A DNA stretch of 63,784 nt, filler included, from Octopus bimaculoides (Eukaryota), in assembly GCF_001194135.2 (NCBI RefSeq). It is 5 parts of 4 records of this genome, joined end to end, with 100 filler letters (N's around TTAATTAATTAA, not from the genome) between each part and the next. Parts side by side here need not be neighbours in the genome. Positions count along the whole stretch, not along the records: positions 1 to 15,154 come from NC_068981.1; positions 15,255 to 30,802 come from NC_068987.1; 3 more parts are not named here. One strand, written 5' to 3'. The stretch's first letter is position 1; each line of letters starts with the position of its first letter. A program made the position numbers and the translations under genes. Below are positions 12,448 to 25,609 of this stretch, one piece after another. The notes below the pieces were generated by a model. The model made no database searches. It was not told where the DNA came from and saw only the letters and a program-made list of their open reading frames with translations.

Positions 12448-12646
12448 GCATGCATGCATACATGTTTGTATGTATGTATATATACATGCATACTTAAATA
12501 TTTATATATATATGGATATACATATAAACATATATGTACATAAATACATATTTATGTAAATACACACGCGCACAATATACACACACATGCGCAATGTGTA
12601 TATACGAGAGGGAGAAAGAGAGAAAGAGAGAGAGAAGGATATATGT

Positions 12647-12719
<73 letters not shown>

Positions 12720-12730
12720 TAGATAGATAA

Positions 12731-12814
<84 letters not shown>

Positions 12815-12859
12815 AGGACAATGGATAAGGATCATTCGCGAGTCATATAGACGTATATA

Positions 12860-13045
12860 TTATCCCTTGGACAGGATGCCGGTCTATCGCAGAATTACTC
12901 ATTTTTGCCAGTTCAGAGAGTCAGGAGCAACATGAAAGTGTTTTGCTCAAGAACACAAAGCGTTGTCCGGTTCAGGAATCAAAACCACAATATAATCTTA
13001 CGATCATAAGTTCAACATCCTAACCACCGAGCCATGCTCCTCCAC
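12860..13045 (-). mobile_element. SINE family D
   Basis: Reverse complement of 9975-10150. Confidence 0.8.
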
Positions 13046-13057
13046 CCACACACGTAC

Positions 13058-13088
<31 letters not shown>

Positions 13089-13431
13089 TGTATGTATGTA
13101 TGTATGACCAGATAAGAGGCGTGAAGTGAGAGAATGTATGTTTACCCCATTAGTTCTGTTTGATTCGGTGAATCCCTATTCCCAATTCATTATGATATCA
13201 ATAGAATAAAAACGATGAAACAAATAATATCTAAAATAGACAATCATATAAAATGTGGAATTAAAATCTTTAAACACTGGACTAAACTACAAGAAAGTAA
13301 GAAAGATTACATTTTATATCATTGTTATACATTATATATAGGGAGAATTCACACAAAAAAACAACATACGAAGACAGGTGGTGTAGAAAGCAAACAGATA
13401 TATTAATATAACGCTCGTGAATTGAAAAAGT

Positions 13432-13468
13432 CTTTAACGTTTCGAGCCTACGCTCTTCTACAGAAAGG
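13432..13468 (-). ncRNA. Minimal type I hammerhead-like motif (variant core) in a probable PLE-derived repeat
   Basis: CUUU-CUGUAGA-A-GAGC GUAG GCUC-GAA-ACGU-U-AAAG. Stems I and II are perfect, but the core has U at A6. Confidence 0.5.
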
Positions 13469-13825
13469 AACACAAAAAGAAACAAGGAGAGAAAAAAATG
13501 TGTGTAGTGGTCACCGATCTATCATGGAGAATGCCGGACAAAAGGGTCACACAGGAAAGTTAAGAAGAAGGGGAGATAACAAAGTAATTCGAAGCTTACA
13601 TTTAGAGTTTCTTTATCACAAAGAATACTTTCAAGTTGGAAGATGCACACACAAATTTACTCTGTGTTAACAAATGTTTACAGAGAATGTTCTAATAATT
13701 ATAGTGCTGCTGTTTGCGTTACTTTTGGGGAACGTGTATATATCTATACTTATATGTCACCTATCGGTGTCTTTACAGAATGCCTTTGGTATCATTCCTG
13801 TTGTAATGACTATAAATGAGATACG

Positions 13826-14190
13826 TTAGCACGCTGGACAAATTGATTTGCGTTATTTTGTCTGTCTTTACATTCTGATTTCAAATTCCGTTGAAGTCGA
13901 ATTCACCTTTCATTGCTTTTGAAGTCGATAAAATAGTAACCAGCTGAGCACTGGGTACAATGTAATCGACTTACCCCCTTCCCCGAACTTGCTGGCCTTG
14001 TACCAAAATTTGAAGCCTAAATCTAGTTACAACTTACGTTCTTATTTCAAATGCCGCTTAAGTCAGCTTTGCGTTTCAGCCCTTCAGCGTCGATAAAATA
14101 AAGAACTAGCCTGTCAAGTACTAGGGTCGATGGTATTCCACCAATTTCTGCTCTTAAAATTGCTAGCATTGTGGCTCTATTAGAAAAAGA
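13826..14190 (+). mobile_element. Two tandem decayed SINE B copies
   Basis: B core motifs recur at about 13826-14018 and 14045-14190. Confidence 0.75.
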
Positions 14191-14401
14191 TTATAAATAG
14201 TGGTATTCCTAATATACTTGTAGCATTCCGAATTACTACGACTGCGACAAGTATGCATAGAACACATAGCTACTTCGCTTTTGTAATTCATTTATCAGCA
14301 TATTTCCGCTTGTCATTGAGTACCATAGAGTTTTATACACACGCATATCTACACACTACATACATAGATATACATGCGTAAATATATATATATCCACATA
14401 T

Positions 14402-14442
<41 letters not shown>

Positions 14443-14994
14443 NNNNNNNNNNNNNNNNNNNNNNNNNNNNNNNNNNNNNNNNNNNNNNNNNNNNNNNNNN
14501 NNNNNNNNATATATATATGGCAAATGAAAGACGGAAGATGGGATATACGAGAATTTATATATATATATAAGACAAGCTATAAATAATAGTCATTACAAAT
14601 TCCTTTATTGTAGTAAATTCGATCTACACCTGTTTCCGATAGTCATTATCGGTTCGTTCATTGATCGGTTTGCTCAATCGACCCATTGATTAGTTGAGAA
14701 AAATCCCAGGACTTTAAAGAACTAATGTTATCCTCATCAGTTATTGTATTTTGGATACTATTCTCTGATGAGGATACCATTAGTTCGTTAACGTCGTTCA
14801 ATTTTTCTCAAAAGATCAATGGACAGATTGAGAAAAATGATCAATGAAGGAATATGTAACTATTTATACCTTGACTTGTATATCACTCCGTGTAGAAAAA
14901 TAAGTCTAAGTGGGAACACAACCATGGGTTACAATAATCCCGGACGCTGCCGTCAGCATATGCGGAGTTCTTTGCTAATCTAAAACAAATTGTT

Positions 14995-15028
<34 letters not shown>

Positions 15029-15092
15029 TTATGTATTTATGTATGTATGTATTATGTATTTATGTATGTATGTATGTATGTATGTATGTATG

Positions 15093-15139
<47 letters not shown>

Positions 15140-15299
15140 ATGAATATATATATANNNNNNNNNNNNNNNNNNNNNNNNNNNNNNNNNNNNNNNNNNNNTT
15201 AATTAATTAANNNNNNNNNNNNNNNNNNNNNNNNNNNNNNNNNNNNNNNNNNNNTATATATATACATATATATATATATACATATACGTACATACATAT

Positions 15300-15680
15300 A
15301 GTTTCTCCTATGATGGAGCGTCGCTTTGAATCGAGCCCAGTACTCAGTTTTTCAAACCCTAATACGATCGATCTTTTGCTGAACCGTTATCTTTAAGTGA
15401 CGTGAACAAACCAACATCGTTTGTTAGGTGGTAATGGCGAACGAACAGAAATACAGAGGCACCTATACATATTCTTTTATTCTTTTACTTCTTTCAGTCA
15501 TTTGACAGTGGCCATGCGGGAGCACTGCCTTTTGTCGAACAGAACTACCCCAGGACTTATTTTGTGTAAGCCTATCGATCTGTCAATCTATCGTTTTCTT
15601 TTGCCGAACATCTAAGGTTCGGGGACGTAAACACACCAGCATCGGTTGTTAAGTAATGTGAGGGGGACAAACACAGACAC
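15300..15680 (-). mobile_element. SINE family C tails (two decayed copies)
   Basis: CTTTCAGTCATTTGACAGTGGCCATGC...CCCCAGGACTTATT...CACCAGCATCGGTTG. Confidence 0.75.
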
Positions 15681-15684
15681 ACAA

Positions 15685-15741
<57 letters not shown>

Positions 15742-16453
15742 CCTACATACATACATACATACATATATACATACATACATACATACATACATACATACAT
15801 ACGTACATATATATATACATATACACACACATGTATGTATATATATATATATATATATATATANNNNNNNNNNNNNNNNNNNNNNNNNNNNNNNNNNNNN
15901 NNNNNNNNNNNNNNNNNNNNNNNNNNNNNNNNNNNNNNNNNNNNNNNNNNNNNNNNNNNNNNNNNNNNNNNNNNNNNNNNNNNNNNNNNNNNNNNNNNNN
16001 NNNNNNNNNNNNNNNNNNNNNNNNNNNNNNNNNNNNNNNNNNNNNNNNNNNNNNNNNNNNNNNNNNNNNNNNNNNNNNNNNNNNNNNNNNNNNNNNNNNN
16101 NNNNNNNNNNNNNNNNNNNNNNNNNNNNNNNNNNNNNNNNNNNNNNNNNNNNNNNNNNNNNNNNNNNNNNNNNNNNNNNNNNNNNNNNNNNNNNNNNNNN
16201 NNNNNNNNNNNNNNNNNNNNNNNNNNNNNNNNNNNNNNNNNNNNNNNNNNNNNNNNNNNNNNNNNNNNNNNNNNNNNNNNNNNNNNNNNNNNNNNNNNNN
16301 NNNNNNNNNNNNNNNNNNNNNNNNNNNNNNNNNNNNNNNNNNNNNNNNNNNNNNNNNNNNNNNNNNNNNNNNNNNNNNNNNNNNNNNNNNNNNNNNNNNN
16401 NNNNNNNNNNNNNNNNNNNNNNNNNNNNNNNNNNNNNNNNNNNNNNNNNNNNN

Positions 16454-16494
<41 letters not shown>

Positions 16495-17617
16495 GGTTAG
16501 TGGTTAGTATGTTGCACCTACTATCTCATTATTCTACTATCATGGTTTCGATTCTCACGCCGGTGATGCTTTGTGTTCTTGGGCTGAATACCTCATTCCA
16601 CGTTACACCAGTCGACTCACCTCAAATTAGCTGCCCTGCAGTGGCCTGGTGTTCCATTCAATGAGTAGTGTGTTGACCTACCTCCTTATACAGCGAGATG
16701 GCATCAACGATGAGTTGAAATGTATGATGACCAGCGGTCTGTAACAATATCCGCTAATCTGGTTGGTACAGAGATAATGATATGCATTGTTCATGCAATT
16801 ATGTATATATACAGACGTGTATATATTCTGTTATATCACATCTGTAATTTATGTGTATATACATATACATATGCTTATGCGTACATATATCTGTGTGTAG
16901 ATGCAGAAGTATATATATATATATTGCATATATACATGTTTGAGTGCATATATGCATATATCTATCTATCTATACATACATACATATATTATGTTTGATA
17001 TAAAAAAGTGTGACAAAGAAACGGTCGGGAAAAACGTACGCAGGACGTGGACATGTTCATCCTTCATCAGTTATCGGTCAAAAATCATCAAAGTTTTGCA
17101 CCACAATCATATAGCAAATATAATATGTTTGTGTTTCTGTATGTCTGCAGCTGAGTGTTCCTCGGACATGTATTCCCTCACTATAATCCTCAAGCCCAAT
17201 AAGAGCGGCATAGAGTCTCATAAACTTGTGCCTTCAAATCACATGTACAACCCATCCAACGGGGTTCTATATAGATTTCATTTTAACACTTTAAATTGCA
17301 AGGAATGAGCGAACCCGAAACTATAGAAGATCTCTCTGCCAAGGTTTCGTAGTGTGCCAGACAGAGTGACGTCATTGCGACGCGATCCTCTAAACTATTA
17401 GATCATGTTTGACAATGTTGTTCTCATATCGTATTTCTATCAAACACTGAGTTGGACTTCGTATTTCTGAATTGAACTCCATGGTTTTCTATGTTGCTTG
17501 GTCCCATTGCAAAACCACACATAAGTCACAGTGCAATATCACCCATGATGCCATTATTTATAATACTGGTAGTCGTTAGAATTAAAAAGATTAAGGAAGA
17601 TAATTGACGCTGCTTCA

Positions 17618-17676
<59 letters not shown>

Positions 17677-18081
17677 TAGACGTAATGTTTAATCTGTTTT
17701 TATTATTCTTAGCTTCAGTCATTGGACTGAATCGACTCCGGTTCTTATTTTGAAGTCTAGTACTTATTTATCGGCCTCATTTGCCGCACCACTAATTTAC
17801 GGAGATGTAAAACAAAGCAATACCAGTTGTCAAGCCTAGTTTAGAATAGAGGCAGCTGATGAAGGAAAAGTTCCATAAGTGGCTCGTCTGTTTTCCTATC
17901 CGTTTTTTGTGCTTTATTTATGTTCCCGTTCCTTTTTCTGACGTCCTGTACCCGGATATGCATCTATATATACATGTAGATGTAGGTATGTACATATATG
18001 TATGTATAGATGCATATGCTCATATATCATTTGTATTATAATATTATCGAACGCTACGCGTCCATTTGCAAGTAAGTTTTA

Positions 18082-18129
<48 letters not shown>

Positions 18130-18434
18130 ATGGGCTTTCTCGCTGTTTGCGGCTACGAAATTCTCTCAGTCAACCCGGGACTATTGAACTCGAAACACAT
18201 GGTTGCAAAACGAGATTTTTAACTACATAGCCATGCCTGCGCCGAATGTTTAATAACAATGAATATTTAATGGGGAAAAGACTTAATAACTATCGTAGTC
18301 AAAATAATTATACTTATATAAACGTTGACTATTCTCTATGGCTAACTCTGCCTCACGCTCTCACTCTATTTCTCTACATATATGTATGTGTGTGTGCGCG
18401 CGCGTGTTTGTGTACGTACATATATAGTACATAT

Positions 18435-18485
<51 letters not shown>

Positions 18486-18542
18486 TGCATTTATATTTCC
18501 GACATATGTGTGTGTGTATGCATGTATATACACATGTCTGTA

Positions 18543-18574
<32 letters not shown>

Positions 18575-19444
18575 NNNNNNNNNNNNNNNNNNNNNNNNNN
18601 NNNNNNNNNNNNNNNNNNNNNNNNNNNNNNNNNNNNNNNNNNNNNNNNNNNNNNNNNNNNNNNNNNNNNNNNNNNNNNNNNNNNNNNNNNNNNNNNNNNN
18701 NNNNNNNNNNNNNNNNNNNNNNNNNNNNNNNNNNNNNNNNNNNNNNNNNNNNNNNNNNNNNNNNNNNNNNNNNNNNNNNNNNNNNNNNNNNNNNNNNNNN
18801 NNNNNNNNNNNNNNNNNNNNNNNNNNNNNNNNNNNNNNNNNNNNNNNNNNNNNNNNNNNNNNNNNNNNNNNNNNNNNNNNNNNNNNNNNNNNNNNNNNNN
18901 NNNNNNNNNNNNNNNNNNNNNNNNNNNNNNNNNNNNNNNNNNNNNNNNNNNNNNNNNNNNNNNNNNNNNNNNNNNNNNNNNNNNNNNNNNNNNNNNNNNN
19001 NNNNNNNNNNNNNNNNNNNNNNNNNNNNNNNNNNNNNNNNNNNNNNNNNNNNNNNNNNNNNNNNNNNNNNNNNNNNNNNNNNNNNNNNNNNNNNNNNNNN
19101 NNNNNNNNNNNNNNNNNNNNNNNNNNNNNNNNNNNNNNNNNNNNNNNNNNNNNNNNNNNNNNNNNNNNNNNNNNNNNNNNNNNNNNNNNNNNNNNNNNNN
19201 NNNNNNNNNNNNNNNNNNNNNNNNNNNNNNNNNNNNNNNNNNNNNNNNNNNNNNNNNNNNNNNNNNNNNNNNNNNNNNNNNNNNNNNNNNNNNNNNNNNN
19301 NNNNNNNNNNNNNNNNNNNNNNNNNNNNNNNNNNNNNNNNNNNNNNNNNNNNNNNNNNNNNNNNNNNNNNNNNNNNNNNNNNNNNNNNNNNNNNNNNNNN
19401 NNNNNNNNNNNNNNNNNNNNNNNCTTACGCAAATATGCATACCC

Positions 19445-19508
<64 letters not shown>

Positions 19509-19685
19509 ACATAAATAAAGAGAAACGGTAGAAAGACAGGCAGACAGACAGGTAAGTAGGTAGGTAGGTAGGTAGGTAGGTAAGTAGGTAGATAAATAGA
19601 TAAACATAAATAAAGAGAAACGGTAAAATAGAAAGACAGACAGACAGACAGACAGACAGGCAGACAGACAGACAGACAGACAGAC

Positions 19686-19745
<60 letters not shown>

Positions 19746-20716
19746 GTGAATGAATATTATAACTCATCTTGCAAAAGTACTGCGGAGTGATATTAACAAT
19801 TAGAATAAATGTGAGGGTAGATAATTCTGATAGATGATGAAGAGTAGAGGAAAGAGGCGTTATACACTTCCTCTGTAAATTGAAACGTTTTAATGTATTG
19901 AGCAGAAATCACCTGTAAGGTTTGTGTAGCTGTATAGTTGTAAACTTCTATTTATACTCCTTCACTGTCGACATAATTCTGCCTATTGATGTGTATATGT
20001 ATAGCTTATCGTCTATGCATATGTATCTCCCTCTCTTTATACATATATCACATACATATATATTTGATATATATGATATATATTTTATATATATATATAT
20101 ATACATACATACACACACGCACACACATACACATATNNNNNNNNNNNNNNNNNNNNNNNNNNNNNNNNNNNNNNNNNNNNNNNNNNNNNNNNNNNNNNNN
20201 NNNNNNNNNNNNNNNNNNNNNNNNNNNNNNNNNNNNTATATATATACAAACACACACACAAACACACATACATAATTATTCATAGAAAGTGAGAGAGGGG
20301 GAGAGAAAGAAATATATACATTGTAAATATATTTCCTTTATTGGTATTTCTATATTTCTATGTATAAATATTTATAGATACAAACATATCTGATTTTCAA
20401 TATATACATATTATAAATGTGTTTATAATCTTAATATCACTGTCCATTTAATATTTCGTCATCAGCAACCAACTTATAGTTATTGTCGTCATAGTAACGA
20501 TTTGTCGTTCTTCGATATCACGTACTTCCCAAGGTCACAGATGGCGACTGTCCAGAATCCATTCTTCGCACGCTCTCTTCCTTTCTCTTTCTCTCCCTCG
20601 CTCTCTCTCTAGCTATCTCTCTCTCTCCCTCCCTCTCTCTCTCTCTCTCTCCCTCTCTCTCTTTAGCGCTCTCTCTCTCTCTAGCTCTAGCTCTCTCTCT
20701 CTTTCTCTCTCCTCTC

Positions 20717-20752
<36 letters not shown>

Positions 20753-21239
20753 CTCTCTCGCTTTGTATGTTCTCTTCTTTCTCCTCTAAATACACGGCTT
20801 TAACAAAATCGCTGTAATTACATTTACAATCCGAAAAACAAAAGCTCTGAGTTCCATCTTAAAATATCTACATGAGTATGCATGTGAATATATATATATA
20901 TGTATATAATATGTATTTGTGATCAAATGTTGATCTATTCTCTATACCTATATATAATACATTGTAGGGATATATTTTACAGTCTTCTATCCACACCATG
21001 TACATGGATACATACATACATACATACATACATACATACATGCATGCATACATACATACATACATACTTGCATGCATGCATACAGGTATGCATACATGCA
21101 TGCATACATACACGCATACACCCACATATGGAGCAAGCAAAAAGATGTGCGTGTGCGTGTGCGTGTGCGTGTGCGTGTGCGTGTGCGTGTGCGTGTGCGT
21201 GTGCGTGTGCGTGTGCGTGTGTGTATATATATATATATA

Positions 21240-21462
21240 CAATGGAGAAATTATACAAAATGTATAAATAGATGATGAGTAAAGCGCCGGCACAGTTTCG
21301 ATTACCTGTTGTTATCTGTAGATTTATTGCAGGAACTTCGTAGTGTCGGTTGGAGTAACAGTACTAATAAAATAGATGGAATGAGTAAAATATTTTATTG
21401 GGTACGGCACATGTTTTGATCCGTTCTTGGTCTCTTCGGGTTCATCAATAAAAAGTCTCACT
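21240..21462 (-). mobile_element. Short hammerhead-bearing interspersed repeat, decayed copy
   Basis: Reverse-complement homology over about 220 bp to 51231-51455. Confidence 0.8.
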
Positions 21463-21622
21463 ATTTGGGTAGAAGATATCACCAACTGTAAACAATATGA
21501 AGTACGAAAACAAACGAGTTAAATATGCAAACAACGAGAGAAAAATGGAAAACAGGACAAGTAACACATAACTACATATATTTTCATTAAACATTTTATA
21601 TATAATCTACGTATACACCTGT

Positions 21623-21668
<46 letters not shown>

Positions 21669-22769
21669 ATTATTTCATAACCGTCAACATTCTTACTGTT
21701 ATGTAAATTATTTTCTGCAACAATATATTATTCACATGTTCATTAGGTGATTTATTCTTCTTAATTTTGGTAGTTAACAGGGAATATTCGAGATACTTCA
21801 TGGGTTTTAAGAAGGACAGAATTAGACGAACGATCTTCACCTCTTTCAGTTGTCTGTAGTTTTCAGCAGAGTTTAAGATTTAGATTTTATTTTTAAGTGT
21901 CAGAGTTCATGTTAGCCCGGAAGTCGAAACATATCACAAGATCAGTCAGTCTGAAGCCCGTACAGGAATATACTTAAACATCTCTTCTGTACAAGATACT
22001 TCCAGGAAGAGTTGAGATCTTCAATGTTTTACTTGTACATATGCTGTCAGCGGTTTGACACAAGCGTTATATAATTCTACGTTTGCTACAGTACTGTAAA
22101 GTTGTTTTCGCTTCTGTCTCTCAGACAAAAATATCTTTTCAAAGTGATGTTATATCGTATATATTTCTGGGCTTAAATAATAGTTTAATTTTGTTCTTTT
22201 TTATCTTTTAGACATGAAAAATAGCAGTGTTCATGACCCCTTAACAGAGCCACCGAGACTGATGAAAAGGACTCCCCCGAATGCTCGCAGAGTGGTCTAC
22301 GCTAAAAGTAACCATGCGCTAGATAGTGGTGCTAAACCAGCTGACGAATTAAATCTACTATTATCCAAGTAGAGTATGGCAGGATTTAAAATCAGAACAC
22401 AAGCAACCGGTACCAATATCATAAGAGATCCAGTCCGACGTTCTCACAGTTCCACCAATCCCCCGTCCGATATTCTATCAATTCTGACAAACTGCCTACA
22501 TAAATTTATTCTTAAATGTGTCTGTAGTCAACCTACTTTACGTTTCACAGACGTAGATCTGCCCACTCCACATCTACTTTAGACACAGTTGCATTTTCAA
22601 TTCAAATAGCACCTCTGCCGGTGAGATATGAACTCAGATCATAAGGTATCTTGAAAAATATTGCAAGGCATTTTTACGAAGATCTAACAATTCTGCCACT
22701 CCCAAATTACCATATACTAAATAATTCTCTCTAAATTTCACACAAGGAACAGCGATTTCAGTGTTCAGT

Positions 22770-22892
22770 TGGTATTTATTTTATCGAACTCGAAAGAATG
22801 AATGTCGACCTCGGTGGAAATTGAACTCAGGACGTAAAACAGTAAAAAAATACCGCTAAGCATTTTGTCCAAGATGCTACCGATTCTTCCAG
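22770..22892 (-). mobile_element. SINE family B, partial
   Basis: GTATTTATTTTATCGA...GAATGAATGTCGACCTCGGTGGAAATTGAACTCAG. Confidence 0.75.
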
Positions 22893-23279
22893 CTTTACCA
22901 TATACTAAATGATACAACAGGTCACACAGGCGCTCGTTCGCATAGATATCGTTTGCTTTTCCGTCTGGAAACAAACGCACAAACACAACAATAACACATA
23001 TAAAACAAAATTCACATGACAAATATCGGGAAATACGTAATTCCTTTCATTGCTATTTTGATGCTCAACATGTTGAGGTGTATTTCACTCTCCACCTTTT
23101 TTTCTTTCCACTGACGATCATGAAAAGCATATGAAACATTAGGCTGAAAGTGTCAAGCAATTTTTATTCAATTTATTACCTACGAATATAGATTGATATG
23201 TTCCTCCAAAATATTTAAAGGTATAACTGCATATGTGCGTGCATGCATGTATATTTATGTATGTATGTGTATGTATGTA

Positions 23280-23322
<43 letters not shown>

Positions 23323-23435
23323 NNNNNNNNNNNNNNNNNNNNNNNNNNNNNNNNNNNNNNNNNNNNNNNNNNNNNNNNNNNNNNNNNNNNNNNNNNNNNN
23401 NNNNNNNNNNNNNNNNNNNNNNNNNNNNNNNNNNN

Positions 23436-23495
<60 letters not shown>

Positions 23496-23529
23496 TTTGT
23501 GTGTGTAGGGAGGTTCTGGGGCATATATA

Positions 23530-23656
23530 TACGAGGGGTGTATGAAAAGTTCTGAGCCTTCAAACCCTTTGAGAATTGAATCTTTGTACCTTCATCAGAA
23601 GTCTTGTACCATGGTTTGTTTCTTTGAGGCTCAAGACTTTTCATACACCCCTCGTA
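23530..23656. mobile_element. Mariner-derived MITE (about 127 bp including TA sites)
   Basis: TA-CGAGGGGTGTATGAAAAGTTCTGAGCCT ... AGGCTCAAGACTTTTCATACACCCCTCG-TA: near-perfect TIRs of about 28 bp with a TA TSD. Confidence 0.9.
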
Positions 23657-24607
23657 CATATGTATGCATATGTATGTATATATTTGTATATAGACATATA
23701 TGTATTTACAATATACATATATGCATGTATGCATGCATGTATACGCATATATCGGTGTGTGTAAGTGTGTGCGCGTGTGCGTGTGTGCACCTGTACGCGT
23801 GTGTAAGTGCGTGCATTAATGTTTGTGAATTTGTCTGCATGCATATTCTTTCCCCTACTTTCATTTCGCGCGCGCGCACTCACACACAAGCAGACACACA
23901 CTCACACGCACACATGCACATATACACATGCCCACACACATACGCCTTCACACTCAAATTAGGGCTTATCAAAGCCTGTTCACTTAAAATGTAGTGTACC
24001 CCTGTTTGTGTTTGATTGAATCAGCCTCAATGCCGAAACAAATTCCTTTGTCGCAGACAATGGTAACAAAGTGAACGTGAAATTATGAAACGCCTTATGT
24101 GTGGTGGTGTTCTTCACAGTGCTTTTCAGTGTGAAAGACCTCATTAAATGACTTTATTTTCACCATTTCTACACAAATTCATTAGCTATGAGGATTTCCA
24201 ATAATACTCATTCTATTTATTCAATTTTCCCCATTCCTTCAATTTGATACGTCTTTTATACACCAGATGTTCTATGAACACCTCTTAGAATTCCTCTTTC
24301 TTTAGTCATTGCCATATTCTTACCGCTACATACAAGACGCATTTCCTGCTGTTTTCGCTCTATACGAAGACCTTTTCTTTTTCAATTTTAACGCAAAATC
24401 CGTTTAACCATTTCATTGACATTCCACCTACTTTCATTCATTCTAAATAAACAGAGGCTTACCTGGATGAAATTAAAGGCTATGCGCAAAATATTTGAAG
24501 CCTTCCTATTTGAAATATATATATATATATAGGTGTGTGTATGTACGTATGTATGTATGTATGTATATATATATATATATACATACATACACATATATAT
24601 ATATGTG

Positions 24608-24643
<36 letters not shown>

Positions 24644-25182
24644 TATATANNNNNNNNNNNNNNNNNNNNNNNNNNNNNNNNNNNNNNNNNNNNNNNNNNN
24701 NNNNNNNNNNNNNNNNNNNNNNNNNNNNNNNNNNNNNNNNNNNNNNNNNNNNNNNNNNNNNNNNNNNNNNNNNNNNNNNNNNNNNNNNNNNNNNNNNNNN
24801 NNNNNNNNNNNNNNNNNNNNNNNNNNNNNNNNNNNNNNNNNNNNNNNNNNNNNNNNNNNNNNNNNNNNNNNNNNNNNNNNNNNNNNNNNNNNNNNNNNNN
24901 NNNNNNNNNNNNNNNNNNNTATATATATATTGTTACACTTTTTTCATCAACCAAAAAATTGTATCATTCAGAGATTTGAAAGTTTGTAAAACGCATTTTA
25001 TATTGCATTTGAATCGAAATTCTTCTAGCTTTTACCTTCGATTTTATGAACGTAAGATTACTAATAGATTTTAGGGTCGTTTGATTAGCATACTATGTAT
25101 TACAACATTTGCTTTCGTCCTTTTTTATGTTCGCGTTCAAATCTCCCTGACACAGTATATACACCTGAATATACGCGCAGGA

Positions 25183-25460
25183 ATGGATGCGCGGTTAGGA
25201 AGCTTGCTTTGCAACCACGTGGTTTTGGGTTCAGTCCCACTGTGCGGTTCGTTGGGCAAGTGTATGTATGTGTGTCTTTGTGTTTCTGTTTGTCTAGTTT
25301 CTGTTTCTATCGGTTTGTCTACATCCCAGTAACAATAGCGATTCGACAAAAGAGATCGATAGAGTAAGTACAAGACTTTTTTAAAACAAATAATAAGTAC
25401 TGGAGTAAAACTTCAAGACGGTGCTCCAGAATGTCCATATTCAATGACTGAAATAAGTAC
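25183..25460 (+). mobile_element. SINE family C, decayed
   Basis: Head GCGCAGGAATGGATGCGCGGTTAGGAAGCTTGC, GGTTCAGTCCCACTG, tail CTTCAAGACGGTGCTCCAG..ATGACTGAAA. Confidence 0.75.
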
Positions 25461-25522
25461 AAGGAAAAAGAAAGATAAAGGTACTGATATCGCTACACCT
25501 TTTCAAAAATTTTATTAGCCAG

Positions 25523-25609
25523 ATGTGGAAGACCTAACTAAGATGCTTTCAAGTGAGAGTACTCGGCTCAAGGCAGCCAAGAGGAGGTCAAGTGGTGCTG
25601 TCAAACCGA
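25523..25609 (+). CDS. Candidate internal coding exon of an unidentified gene
   Basis: Acceptor ttttattagccag and donor CCGA|gtgagt bound an 87-nt phase 1-1 exon with an open frame, (D)VEDLTKMLSSESTRLKAAKRRSSGAVKP. No homolog recognised. Confidence 0.3.

Noticed and set aside
15199-15210. Isolated TTAATTAATTAA between N runs (also 30847-30858, 49747-49758, 54609-54620)
   Set aside because: An identical 12-mer with stops in all six frames, always inside gaps. It is an artificial scaffold spacer, not biology.
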